DNA from: Camelus ferus
Taxonomy: Eukaryota
Length of the DNA stretch: 64,000 nucleotides
Assembly: GCF_009834535.1 (NCBI RefSeq)
Contig: NC_045707.1
Location: 59,212,001 to 59,276,000, forward strand
Direction: 5' to 3'
Position numbers and translations under genes: made by a program. Numbering within the stretch: position 1 is the stretch's first letter; the number at the start of each line of letters is the position of its first letter. Positions 40,005 to 52,446 of the stretch are shown here, one piece after another. The notes below the pieces were generated by a model. That model saw nothing but the letters and a program-made list of their open reading frames with translations. It did not search any database and had not been told where the DNA came from.

Positions 40005-40375
40005 AAGAAAAATATCATATGGTATCACTAATACGTGGAACCTAAAAAAATGACACAACTGAACTTACTTACAAAAGAGAAACAGACTCACAGACATAGA
40101 AAACAAACTTATGGTTACCATGGGGGAAAGGGGAGGGTGGAGGGATACAGTGGGAGTTAGAGATTTGTAGATACTAAGTACTATATGTAAAATAGATAAA
40201 CAAGGTCCTACTGCACAGCACAGGAAACTATATCCAACATCTTGTAATAGCCTATACTATAAAAGAATATGAAAAGGAATATATATATATATATATATAT
40301 ATAAAAAACTAAATCACTATGCTATACACCAGAAATTAGCACAACATTGTAAATTGACTATATTTCAATTAAAAC
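40005..40375 (+). mobile_element. 5'-truncated L1 3'UTR (artiodactyl/camelid type) containing an (AT)n tract
   Basis: 'aaacagactcacagacatagaaaacaaacttatggttacc..caaggtcctactgcacagcacagg..acaacattgtaaattgactatatttcaatt'. Confidence 0.9.
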
Positions 40376-40382
40376 AAGATAA

Positions 40383-40961
40383 TCCATGCACCTCAGTGTT
40401 CATAGCAGCACTATATACAATAGCCAAGACATGGAAGCAGCCTAAATGTGCATCGACAGATGTACTGGATAAAGAAGTTGTGCTATATTTATACAATAAA
40501 ATACTACTCTGTCATAAAAAAGAATTAAATAATGCCATTTGCAGCAACATGGATCAAAATAGAGATAGTTATTCTAAGTGAAGCAAGCCAGAAAAAGAAA
40601 GAAAACTACCCTATGATATCACTTATATGTGGAATCTAAAAAGAAAAGACACTATGAACTCACCTACAAAACAGAAACAGACTCGCAGACTTAGTAAACA
40701 ATCTTATGGTTACCGGGGAAAGGGGGTGGGAAGAGACAAATTTGTGAGTTTAAGATTTACAAATGTTAGCCACTATATATAAAAATAGATTTTTAAAAAA
40801 GTTTCTTCTGTATAGCACAGGGAACTATGTTCAACATCTTATAATAATCTTTAATGAAAAAATATGGAAACAAATATATGTATGTATATGCATGACTGGG
40901 ACATCGTGCTGTGCACCAGAAACTGACACATTGTAATTGACTGTACTTCAATTTTTTAAAA
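40383..40961 (+). mobile_element. 5'-truncated L1 (ORF2 end plus 3'UTR), camelid type
   Basis: CTSVFIAALYTIAKTWKQPKC in ORF 40354-40581; 3'UTR ending 'acacattgtaattgactgtacttcaattttttaaaaaa'. Confidence 0.9.
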
Positions 40962-40999
40962 AAGATAAGTTATTCAGCTTTTAGCTAGATACTCTAAAA

Positions 41000-41328
41000 C
41001 TTCGCTGGCTAATTTGACAGCCACTAGCCATATGTGCTTATGAGCACTTGAAATGTGGCAAGTTCAAATGGAGATGGGTTCTCAGCGTAAACTGCACACT
41101 GGATTTTGAAGACTTAGTACAAAAAAGAAATGCAAAATATCTTATTAATAATTATTAATATTGATTGCATATGGAAATGATAATAATTGGGACATATTAG
41201 GCTAAATAAAATATATTTTTGAAATTAATTTCACCTACGTGTTTTTTGGTTTTTTACTTTATTTAATGTGGTTATCAGAAAACTTAAAACTACAACTGTA
41301 GCTACTCTGTTTCTACTGGACAATGCTA
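41000..41328 (-). mobile_element. MER33 hAT-Charlie MITE, full length
   Basis: 'agccactagccatatgtgcttatgagcacttgaaatgtggc..actggattttgaagacttagtac..aaattaatttcacct..tttctactggacaatgct'; flanks ctctaaaa (40992) / ctctagag (41329). Confidence 0.85.
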
Positions 41329-41336
41329 CTCTAGAG

Positions 41337-41683
41337 CAGAAGTAGGCAAATTTTATTTGTGAAGGCCTAGATAGTAAATATTTTAGGTTTTGTGGCCATA
41401 TGGTCTCTGTTTCAATTCCTCAACTCTGCCATTACAGCATGAAATCAGGCATAGACAATACGCAAATTAATGCACATGGCTGTGTTCCAATAAAACTTTA
41501 CTCATGGACCCTGAAATTTGAATTTTATATAATTTTCATGTGTCATGAAATATAATTCTTTTGATTTTGTTCAACCATTTAAAAACGTTTTAAAAAAAAA
41601 ATGCTCCCTTCATGAGCAATACAAAATTGGATAGGGGATGATCAGTCAGATTTGGTCCATGGGACATCATATGCCAACCTCTG
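41337..41683 (+). mobile_element. MER58B hAT-Charlie MITE, full length
   Basis: 'cagaagtaggcaaa..tagatagtaaatattttaggttttgtggcca..ggctgtgttccaataaaacttta..tgccaacctctg'. Confidence 0.85.
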
Positions 41684-42287
41684 CTATGTGTAGGTTATAG
41701 GAAGTACCGTGTAAGGACAATCCTATTATCCACCAAAGCCTATTGTCCATGCTGAAGAGAACCAAGTTACGTTATAGAATTAGAAGAGGAAAGAATATCT
41801 TAAAAGTTTGCACAGATAAAAGGAGAAGGCAGGGTTACTGGACTGATTTTGCATGTACCAGAAACCACAGGAATTTTTATATATATCCATAGGGATGAAT
41901 ACCATCAAATTTTATTATAAATATTTTTATGCTAGTAGTTTTTCTTCCATGGGGATTTTTTTTTTAAATGCAAGAGATGAAATTGAGACAGAAGGTGGAG
42001 AAGAATTCACAGATGTTAGCTAATTCTGCAGAGGTTTCCATTGCCTTGCCCAATGGGCAGTAGGTGAATAAGCTGGTGAGACTGGAAAGAGAAGTCTCTG
42101 CCTCGGAAGAGCTGAATAACAGAGGAGGTTTGTTACTGACCTTTCCCCCCTCTTCCACTTTTGTCCATTAATCCCTGACCTTATAGTTCTAGCTTATAGT
42201 CTAGTAGGGAAAACCGGCTTTAAGCAAACAGGTAAGTCATTGGAAAATGCAAAAAGACTCCAAAATAAAGGACAGGTACACAAGAAG

Positions 42288-42450
42288 AGTGTTTCTCAAA
42301 TTTAAGCATGCATATGAGTAATCTGAGGAGCCTGTTAAAAGGCATCACTAATTCAGTAGGTCTGGGTGACACCTACATTCTGCATTGCTTACAAGTTGCT
42401 TGGTGATGCTGGCATTCATGGTTCCTTCGGGCCACATTTCACTAACATGC
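42288..42450. mobile_element. MER5A-like MITE
   Basis: 'agtgtttctcaaatttaagcatgcat..taattcagtaggtctggg..tctgcattgcttacaagttgcttggtgatgctg'. Confidence 0.75.
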
Positions 42451-42454
42451 AGGG

Positions 42455-42570
42455 TTCACAACAGCAGGTATCGTTATCTGATTCTGTCTCTTTGGCTCGT
42501 GGATGTATCTAAAGTACCTAGAATAGTGCTTAGCACATAATAGGAACTCAATAAATACCTTCTGAATAAA
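42455..42570 (+). mobile_element. LINE-2 3' end
   Basis: 'gtacctagaatagtgcttagcacataataggaactcaataaatac'. Confidence 0.7.
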
Positions 42571-43499
42571 GAAAGCTGATATAGGAGAAAATCACATGGA
42601 GGGATATATCATTTAGACTGAGGTATCAAAATGAAGTCTCTGATGGAGAAATATTTTAGCTGAAGATATACCAGAACCTTCTTACCTTCTGAATGCTGCT
42701 ATTCTATCTGTATCCCCTCATCACTTACTCTCAACTGTCAGAATGGGTTCTCATAAAAGACCTCAAGTAAAGGTGGGAATAATGGGTAATTGTCAAATAC
42801 GCTGCCTCTATTGTAACATCTGCATTCCCAACACTGGTGCCTGGAGAAGGAACATCTTCCAAGGAATGGCTCTCTAACAGTGGAGTTTAAGGACTAGTGA
42901 CAAGCAAGTAGGGAAATATTTGGTGTCAGTGCCCTTCTGCTTACATCAAACAATAAAACTTACTATCAGTCTCTGCATAGAACTGGTGATACAATCATTA
43001 ACAATTATGTGTCACAGTTTTAAAATTAAGGCTGGCATTTATGATTGACACCATTTTCCCTCACAGAGGAACTGAAAAAATAATGGATTTTTAGAGTACC
43101 AAAGGATCTAGGAGATAATCTACTTCAACCGTTTTCATAAGGAATTTTTTAGTCCATATCCTGTGTTTACATGGTCATACAATCTGAGCTCCCTCACAGT
43201 CAATTCCATTTTTAGCACCTGGTAAATGATATTAAGTTGTTTAATAATTTCTCTCTTCCTAAAACTTTTATTTACAGGTAGTGGTTCATTTTTCAACAGA
43301 TATTTTAGTGCCAATAATGCACTAGGATGTAGTGTTACAGTCAGTTGTGGGTCCTGCCTGTATCATCCTGCCCTCTGGAACCCATCAGAAAAGTCTGATC
43401 CATCTTCCCTGTGACAGCACATCATAATTTTGGAAGACAGTTATTCTTAAAGATGTGGAAAACTGCCCATTCATCTCTGTGAGAAGTTATTTCATTTGG

Positions 43500-44440
43500 T
43501 CACTCTTTCACAGCTGCCAAGTGCCCGCTGCTGTCCTAAGCACTGAATATATTGCTCTGCCCAAGACAGACATGGTCCTTGTCCTCATGCAAATGGAAGT
43601 TTATTTGGAAGTATTGCATTAAAGAAGTTAAAACAATATTGAGTATTATGGGAAGGCAAAAAAAATGATTATATGATACCATCTAGGGAGTCAGGGAATG
43701 GGTTCCTAACACACTGACATTTAAATTGGAAGTCGAAAGCACTGAGGTTAACCAGTGTGAGATAAAGAATAGCCTAAGCCAGGGAACAGCAGGTGCACAG
43801 GACCCACTGGAGAACGAGAACTCACCTCTGGAACAAAGACGGCTACAGCATAAATGTGGGAAGAGAAAAGCGTTATGAGGCGAACTAGGGAGGTAGTCAA
43901 GAACCAGGTCAATAGAGGGCTTGGTAATTTAATTAGAAGTTTTTGTTCTTTAGCCAAAGGACAAAGAGGAGAAACTGAAGGGTTTTAGCAAGACAGTGAC
44001 ATAATCAGATCTGAACACTGTAATGGTTTCAATGTTCTGATTTTAGTGGTCAGAATGGAATGAAGGAGAATAAAGCTGGAGCCAGGGGGATACGTCAGTG
44101 TTTCTTCCAACACGGCGTGCATGTAAATCACCTGGGGGTCTGTCAAAATGTAGAGCCTACTTATTAGGCGGTTCAGCTGGGGCCTGAGATTCCATATTCC
44201 TAACAAGTTCCCAAGTGATCCTGAAGATGATGAATTTGAGTAGCAAGAAGGCACTGGGTGAGAAACGATGGGGACTTGGGGAGGCAACAGCAGGGTGGCT
44301 GAAGAGAAGTAGATGGATGCAGGGGAGTTCTGAAAATAAGACTCAAGAGCAGGTCTTCGTAACCAGTTAGTGTGGGAAATGAGGAAAGATGACTCCCAGA
44401 TTCCCGGCTTAACAAACGAAGGATGGAGATTGTGGTTTCT
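43500..44440 (-). mobile_element. LINE-2 fragment interrupted by a MER5A
   Basis: 'ccaagacagacatggtccttgtcctcatg', 'actgaagggttttagcaagacagtgacataatcagatctg', 'aagatgactcccagattcccggctt'. Confidence 0.8.
44096..44250. mobile_element. MER5A-like MITE nested in L2
   Basis: 'aatcacctgggggtctgtcaaaatgtaga..tggggcctgagattccatattcctaacaagttcccaagtgatcctg..tttgagtagcaag'. Confidence 0.8.
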
Positions 44441-45689
44441 TTACACATATTGTTTGTAATTCAAAACAAAACTCTCCATTGTTTTCAGCTTCTCATATCT
44501 AACAACTTTTCTCATCAGTTGCCTCTGGTCCATGAAATCTGTTGTATGTATTCTAAAACATTTTAAGTGGTTTAGAAAATGTACAAGCTTAAGCATATTG
44601 CCTTGATATGGTATTTGGGTTCCTGAAAGACAAATAATCTAGAGATTAGCTTTCTGTCTACATAGCAACGTGCACATTGAGTATCTATAGTTGGCAAGCG
44701 CACAGACCTGTGCTCCTACGGTGCCCTGTGGACTTCAATGGCATGAATACCACCCGGGTCTCTTTTGGCTTTCACAGCAGAAGTGGGTAACTAGAGATGA
44801 AAAGGCTCATTTCCTAAATTTTTAGTATCAGTGTGCTAGTGATGGTAGGAATCACATTTCTGTGATGGGCTAACATGGTTTTTAACAGCCAGGATTCCTT
44901 CCATACTCCCACAGCACATCCCCTGGCAGCCTTCTGTTAAACAGAAGAGGTAATTTAAAGGTTTGATTATTATAGATTTTTTGAAGTTTAGTGCACATAT
45001 GATCACAGCCAGCCTTGCTAGAATAGTTGGAGGGAGGAAGGGTGGGAATGCGATGTAAGGAAAACAATGAAACCTCATTTTGAGAGACAGCTTTGTTCAC
45101 TCCTGCTTGAAATATCACATCCATTTTGTACTTTATGAACAAAGTGTTTATTTGTTGAATATTCAGGCGTAGGATAAATGAGCAGGTCCGAGTTTTGCCA
45201 GCTGACCTGGAGAGCTGAGATACTCCTGGTTGTAAAGCTCAGAAGAGACTGTTGTTTATGGTATATATTCCATAGTTTTCCATGTACTTAAATTGAAGCT
45301 GACAGAAATTCAAAGTCAATGCCTTCCTTATAAAGTGATCCTCTGTGATGTAATTACAAAATGAAATTTCTTGGCTGAAACAAGATTTTCTCCCCTAGAG
45401 TTGACGTTAAAAAGAAAGAGAGATTACCAATAAAGAGTTTGAGAACCTAGATGAGTAGCAATGAAAGGAATAGAGTCATTTCTTTAATTCTCTTGAATGC
45501 TGTTAGAAAACAGCATCCTTCAGTTGAAACAAGTAATGCAAAAAATCTGCAGGAACTAAGCTAGCCAGCCAGGGCATTGCTAAAGTTCCCAGAGAAGCCA
45601 AATAGTTGTCTACCAGAGAACACATTTTGGTGCATCTGCCCATCACCCACCAGTATTCTGCTGACAGCTTCTCTGCTGGCCATTTCATT

Positions 45690-45950
45690 TAGTCCTGGGC
45701 TTGTGGGTAAGCTGAACTCCCCAGCACCCCTTGCATTTGGATAGGTCCAGTGACTGAGCTCTGGCAATGGAAAATGGATGGAAGTGATGAATGTCTCTTC
45801 CGGGGTTGGCCAGAAACTCCTTCCACAAGCTCCTCCACTTGTTCTGTCTCTTCACTCATTAGAATTCCCACAGCAGAAGATCCAATGGACAACTCTAACA
45901 CTGGAGGAGAAGCCAAGGTCTTGAAATCCACTGATTTTTTTTTTAATCAC
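45690..45950 (+). mobile_element. Ancient MaLR/ERVL LTR fragment (MLT1J/LTR16-like)
   Basis: 'ccccagcaccccttgcatttggataggtccagtgactgagctctggcaatggaaaatggatggaagtgatg'. Confidence 0.55.
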
Positions 45951-46445
45951 AGCAGCATGACACATGACCGACTTAGTCCCTGTGAGCTATGTCTTGTAGC
46001 TCCAGGGCCCATGTTAATTGGATCAAGAGTGAGTAGCATACGTTTGCTGAGCCAACATCCCATCTTCTGCAGCTGACCTCTGGAGTTGAGGACATGGCAA
46101 TTTAAGAGTTTGGAGTAGCCTCCTTTGGTCATATGCAGGCAGAAGTAAATAAAACCAAACTGCTGAAGTGAGGAACCATGCAGAGTTCCCAGGAGAGAGA
46201 CCATGAGACCACAGAAATGTCCTAATATAAAATATGATGGAACAGCTTTGTTTCTTGAAAGTTTGCTATGTCCTGGTTCTCTTTTCTCAGTAAATAAAAC
46301 TTTTAGTCTTCTTCTGATCAAAATTGGGAGTTGAGAAAGTTCCTCCAGCAAGCCTCATAGCAAGGACATTTATTGCTCTTCCTCCAGAGACTTCAAAATT
46401 GAACTCATTCTGGTGAAGATTCAAGGGTTTAAATCACACTGTTCC

Positions 46446-47178
46446 ATGGAGAAAAGGGAACCCTCATACACTGCTGGTGAGAATGCAGTCTGCAGCCATT
46501 ATGGAAAACAGTATGGAGATTCCTCAAAAGCCTAAAATAGACTTACCATATTTTCCAGCAATACCACTCCTGGGTATATATCCAGAGGGAATTTTAATTT
46601 GAAAATATACATGCACCCCAATCTTCATAGCAGCGCTATTTACAATAACCAAGACATGGAAACAATCTAAATGCCCATCGACAGATGACTGGATAAAGAA
46701 GTTGTGGTTTATTTATACAATGGAATACTACTCAGCTATAAAAAATAATAAAATAATGCCATTTGCAGCAACATGGATGGACCTACAGATCATTCTATGT
46801 GAAGTAAGCCAGAAAGAGAAAGAGAAATATGATACCACTCATGGGTGGAATAAAAAAAAAAGATGAATTTATTTACAAAACAGAAACAGACTCATAGACA
46901 TAGAAAACTCATGGTTACCAGTGGGGGAAGGGAGTGGGAAGGGATAAAATGGGAGTTTGAGATTTGCAGATACTAACTACTATATATAAAATGGACATCA
47001 AAATTTTACTGTGTAGCCTAGGGAACTATATTCAGTATCTTGTAGTAACCTATAATGGAAAAGAATATGAAAAAGAATATATGTATGTATATGTATGACT
47101 GAAACATTATGCTGTACACCAGAAATGGACATAACATTGTAAACTGACTATACTTCAATAAAAAAAAATACAACAAAA
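46446..47178 (+). mobile_element. 5'-truncated camelid-type L1 with perfect TSD
   Basis: ORF2 C-terminus plus 3'UTR and A tail; 15-bp TSD aaatcacactgttcc at 46431-46445 and 47179-47193. Confidence 0.95.
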
Positions 47179-47989
47179 AAATCACACTGTTCCTATTCAG
47201 TAATTCAGGCCCTTCTTCCTCATGCTCCGCAACAGGGAGCAGGAATCGCTATCCCATGTGGACTGCCTGTTGCTTTATTTCAGATCATGCTGTTTGTTCA
47301 GCACAGCAGGGCCCATTAGCTAAATGAAGACCCTCTGGCTTCAGTGGTGGGAAGACAGAAAGAGAGCAAAGTGTTAAAACATTTTTATCACATTCGAGAA
47401 GAAGGACAGAAGTTGTTGGTGCCTCCATGAATCTGGAAGGAACACATCTGAGGCATGTGGACAGGAAAAATAAGGCAGAGAAAAAGAAACAAGAGGAAGA
47501 GAAAAGGAAGAAGGCAAACACTATTCTCTCCATCTAATGGGGCTTGTGCTGATGGGTCAAGTTTATCACTGAAGTAGCATCAGGAAGAATTAAGTGGTGG
47601 GGAGGGAACAAGGTTGCTCTTGGAAGCCTCAAGCAGTTCAGTCTTCCTCAAAAGAAACTGCAGTTATGAAGAAAAGATGAGGTTCCTTCTGTGGTTGGGT
47701 CTGGAGCATTCAGGGAGCCAGGGAGAGGACCAGTTGATAAATGGCAGCTTTTTCTGAGCAGAATTTTTAAACTCCGCATCTGAAATGCTATGTATATGGG
47801 AGAAAGATGGGAATCTGGAACCTAATAGAAAAGGCAAGTGAAATTTTGCAGGCTCCCTGAAAGGGCCTTTGTGTAGATAATGCAACTTCTACATCAACTG
47901 GCAAGCCAACCAATCATTACTCTTAAGTGGTATCATGGCAACTCCAATTCTTCTGGACGGTGTTGCCTTTCTCAGTCTCTGATCTCCCT

Positions 47990-48340
47990 GTCCCTAGTTC
48001 CTTCTATGCTCAATTTCTCTCTCATGGTGCTACCAGAATGATACATTTACAGCATAAATCTATCTATCTCTTGTGTACAAAAATCTTCAGTGACATCCAC
48101 TACTTTGTGACTGAGCAATATCTCCTAATTAGCCCAGCACAAGCTGTCCTTTACATACAGGTTTGGGCCTACATTTTCCTTCTTCCTGACTCTCTGTGTG
48201 ACCAAACTGAGCCACTGCCTCTTCCTCTAACATCTGGCAGGTTGCTGTCTAGGGCTGCAGTGCCCTTTCCATTCCCCGCACTTTAACAAATCATTGGCAG
48301 TCCTTATAGGGTATCTTTAAAGGCTAATCTCAAGTGTTAG
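47990..48340 (+). mobile_element. LINE-2 fragment
   Basis: 'ctcaatttctctctcatggtgctaccagaatgatacatttacagcataaatct..aaaaatcttcagtgacatcc'. Confidence 0.6.
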
Positions 48341-48960
48341 TTCTTTAACTGTTCTTTCCCTCCTCTTCACCCCAGGACTTTCGTTTTTAACTGTTGGTTA
48401 ATTTGCTAGGCCAGGCACTTCACTCCAGTAACTCATTTTTCTCAAAACAACCCTATGAAGTAGAAGACTCATTATCAACTGCTTTTTTAATTTTAATTGA
48501 GATACAAGGGACTATTAGTTTCAGGTGTCCAACATGATTCAATATTTGTATAAACTGTGAAATAATAACAAGTCTAGTTAACATCCATCACCAGAGTTAC
48601 AGTTCTTTTTCTTGTGATGACAACTAAGATCTATTCTTGTAGCAACTTTCAAATATGCAACTCAGTATTATTAACTATGTTGTAGGTTACATCCCCATGA
48701 CTTATTCTATAACTGGAAGTTTGTACCTTTTGACTACCTTCAACCATTCTGCCCTCCTCCCACCCCACCCACAGCCTCTGGCAACCACCAAACTCTTCTC
48801 TGTTATCTATGAGCTCACTTTCTGGTTGTTTTGTTTGTTTTCGACTCCACATGTAAGTGAGATCATACGGTATTTTGTCTTTCTGTCTGAATTACTTCAC
48901 TTAGCACAGTACCCTCAAGGACCATCCATGTTGTCACAAATGGCAAGATTTCCTTCTTTT

Positions 48961-49034
48961 TTTTTTCTTTTATAAACCACGTTATTTATTCATTTTTATT
49001 GAAGTATAGTCAGTTTACCATGTTGTGTCAATTT
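48961..49034 (-). mobile_element. Very short L1 3' terminus nested in the older L1
   Basis: 'tttattgaagtatagtcagtttaccatgttgtgtcaattt' is the reverse complement of the 3' ends seen at about 47125-47160 and 40920-40951. Confidence 0.75.
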
Positions 49035-49058
49035 CTTTTTTATGACTGAATAAATTCC

Positions 49059-49061
<3 letters not shown>

Positions 49062-49096
<35 letters not shown>
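49062..49096. repeat. (TG)n microsatellite
   Basis: About 17 perfect TG units. Confidence 0.95.
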
Positions 49097-49099
<3 letters not shown>

Positions 49100-49893
49100 C
49101 ATGCGCATGTGTGCATAACATTTTCTTTATCCATTCATCCATCATGAATGAAAGGTCGTGTTCAAGTCTTGGCTATTGCAAATAATGCTGCCTGAACGTG
49201 GGGTGCAGATATCTTCCCAAGTTGGTGCTTTCATGCCCTTCAGATGAACTGCCAATCATCTGCTTTATAAAGAAACTAGAAAAGTAATCTTTCCAAAGCT
49301 ACAGAAATATTCGAAGGTAGAGTCAAAATTTGGATCCCAGCATGCTGGCTCTGGAACCCACTATTCCTACCATGTTGCCTCTTTGCAATTTCTGCTCTGT
49401 CCATTGTTATCTGTAACTTGCTTATCACCCCACTAGACTCTAAGCTCATCAAGGCAGATAAATCTTACTTTTCTTTGAATTCCAAGCAGTGATTAGAAAT
49501 TACAGTGCATATATGGACTTTTCATTAATTGAACTGAATAGACATGCAGTACTGTTTGGAAGACTAAGTATAGAAGGATTTATAATTTTATACAATGATT
49601 AATTATTCCCCTGGGGTGCTTCAGTAAAGGTAGACAATTCATACGCAGCAGATCAATAAAATAATCCACATTCTGTAGTTTAAAAAAAATCTTTTATCTT
49701 TATTGTTCAATCTCTGTGGCATGAATTCTTTCACTTAGGAAATATGAAACTGGAGAGAAGATTTCATTGAATCTTCACTGAAGATTTTGAAGAATCTCTA
49801 GAAAACAAAAATATGACCACATCCCACAACTCATCAAAACAAAATGTTTATTTTCGACATGGCCTTGCACAGCCTTTTAAAATTTTAATTTCT

Positions 49894-50461
49894 GACACCT
49901 GCACCCCAATGTTCATAGCAGCACTATTTACAATAGCCAAGACATGGAAACAGCCTAAATGTCCATCAACAAATGACTGGATAAAGAAGATGTGGTATAT
50001 TTATACAATGGAATACTATTCAACCACTTAAAAACTGACAACATAACACCATTTGCAGCAACATGGATGCTCCTGGGAGAATGTCATTCTAAGTGAAGTA
50101 AGCCAGAAAGAGAAAGAAAAATACCATATGAGATCGCTCATATGTGGAATCTAAAAAACAAAAACAAAAAAACAAAGCATAAACACAAAACAGAAATAGA
50201 CTCATAGACATAGAATATAAACCTGTGGTTGCCAAGGGGGCAGAGGGTGGGAAGGGATAGACGGGATTTCAAAATTGTAGAATAGATAAACAAGATTATA
50301 CTGTATAGCACAAGGAAATATACACAAGATCTTATGTTAACTCACAGAGAAAAAAATGTGACAATGAGTATATATATGTTCATGTGTAACTGAAAAATTG
50401 TGCTCTACACTAGAATTTGACACAACATTGTAAAATGATTATAAATCAATAAAAATGTTAA
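49894..50461 (+). mobile_element. 5'-truncated camelid-type L1
   Basis: DTCTPMFIAALFTIAKTWKQPKCPSTNDWIKKMWYIYTMEYYS in ORF 49813-50031; TSD aaaattttaatttct (49879) / aaaattttttaatttct (50462). Confidence 0.92.
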
Positions 50462-52446
50462 AAAATTTTTTAATTTCTTATCTTTGTTATGCTGCTTTCA
50501 TGGTATTACCAATGAATACTGCTTCAGTTTGATAAATCTATACAATTTAATGTCTCCAGTGTATAGTGGAAATTTAAAGGATTCACTCTAATCTCTTTGA
50601 CCATCATACAAACAACCAGATGTTATTTTGATCCAAATGGTTCTGCTGGCTTCTTCTCATAAAACTGAAATGTGTGACTTTCCCTTCCCTGGCTTCTTTT
50701 CATGTTTTCCATGTGATGCGATTCTGTTTGTTTTTATATGCCTCACAAGCACATCTCGGCAAGCGTAATAGCATAAGCAGCTTGCAGTCCTCTAAACGAA
50801 GGTCATGGTGGGTGCTATTCATTTCACTCATATCTCTTAAAAATAAATGCTGAGCAGTTACTTAATGTATTACATTTAGTACATGCTTTCAAATGCCTAT
50901 AAAATAACAAGTAAAACAAAATTAAAAACATACAGGATTTCTTCGACCTCATCATTTTTTAAACTCTCATTATTTTATCAGATCACTTCGTGTGACTGTT
51001 TCACTTGCTATTTATTGGACATGGTGCTACACAAGCATGAAAGCGGGTAGAGGCTCTGTTCCCTTAGAAGTGACTGATTACTCAAGTCTTGTTACATCAG
51101 AATTGTAGCATATTTTCTCCAAAAGGAAGAAACACGGCACATGACTGTGCCAGAGACAAGTCTGCATTGCCTTTTTCCAGAACACTGGACCAGACCATTC
51201 TAAACTTGGAATACTGCACTGCCATCTGGGGGATAAAATTTTAACAGTCATTTGCTGTTGAGCTGGGAGGAAGTAGAGAGATTCCATAACAATCTGAAAA
51301 TAAAATGGGAGTGATGAGATTGTTTCTAAGTGTGAGGTTCTACTCCTACACTTTGGATTTTTTCCCCCACAGCAAAACACATACACATCTAAATACATTC
51401 CTTTCCTTCAAAATAGGGTTCTGTCATGTCGTATCACTTTCTTTGGTGATTACATGTACTTCATTGCCTTTAAGTCGTAATTTGAACCCAAAGGAGTTTG
51501 GGGGCTCATCCAGGATAAGCCCTTATTTGCAGAGATGGACGCCCAAATATTGCTACAGTTTACCCTGTCATATAACTTACTAGTGGTAGATCCAAAAGAC
51601 ACAAGTCTCCTATCTCCCAGTTAAATGTCCTCATTTCTGCAAGATCTTGTTCCCAATAATACCAGAGTACAGACGCTTCCCAATCTTGTAAAGAACCACT
51701 TAGCCAGTCTCCCAGGAGGAAAACAGGTACAAGCGAGTCAACAATAGTGTTGATTTTAAGGTTATATTACATAATTGCTTTGGTGGAAGGCAAATAAATA
51801 AGATATTAAGGTGGAAGAGTGAGTGGCACTGATTGATTTTTGTGCTTATTTTATAGACTAGTGTACTTATCCTTTATTGGTCTTTGTTATTTGTCTCCCA
51901 TAAGGTTCAAAGCTGTTGCTGCATTTTAAAAAGAAAAATAAACACTGAAACAAAAAAAGGTTTGATCCATACACACTTAATATTATAATTTTTTAAAAAT
52001 CACATTAATTTGACCTCTATTTAGTACAACAGCTAATCACTGGGTTATTTGAATAGTACAAGTCATACATTATCAAGAAACACAGTTTCATGTAGTCAAG
52101 TATTTTTCTTTTTTTCTGTTAATTATTTAACTTATTTGCTATATGTAAGCATCAGTAACACTAATTGTTTATTTTATTCAGTAATGTTTATACTGCTCTT
52201 ATTAAAAAAGGACTGGGCAGTTTATTGATATGTGCTAAAATTAAATCATCTCTGTTTGCATTAAAATTCAAAAGTTCTAAATCTTACTCGCCAGTGAATG
52301 GGATTCCCAAGGGTCTTACCCTTAAGTACAGCGAATAGCTGAGGCTTCCTGTGAATCCCTCCATGGCTTGCTACATCTGCTCAATCCTTTAGGCATAATG
52401 GAAGTCGTCATGCCAGACAGCTCAAAGATCTTGAATTTGGAATAAC

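Larger units (their letters stand above)
48487..49253 (-). mobile_element. L1 3' fragment (L1MA9-like) inserted into a MIR
   Basis: 'ataactggaagtttgtaccttttgac..ctctggcaaccacca..gactccacatgtaagtgagatcatacggtatt'; MIR halves at about 48400-48486 and 49255-49380; TSD-like atcaactgcttt / atcatctgcttt. Confidence 0.85.

Noticed and set aside
45503..46351. Cluster of overlapping ORFs up to 134 aa
   Set aside because: Overlaps an old LTR remnant and shows no similarity to gag, pol, env or any host protein I recognise
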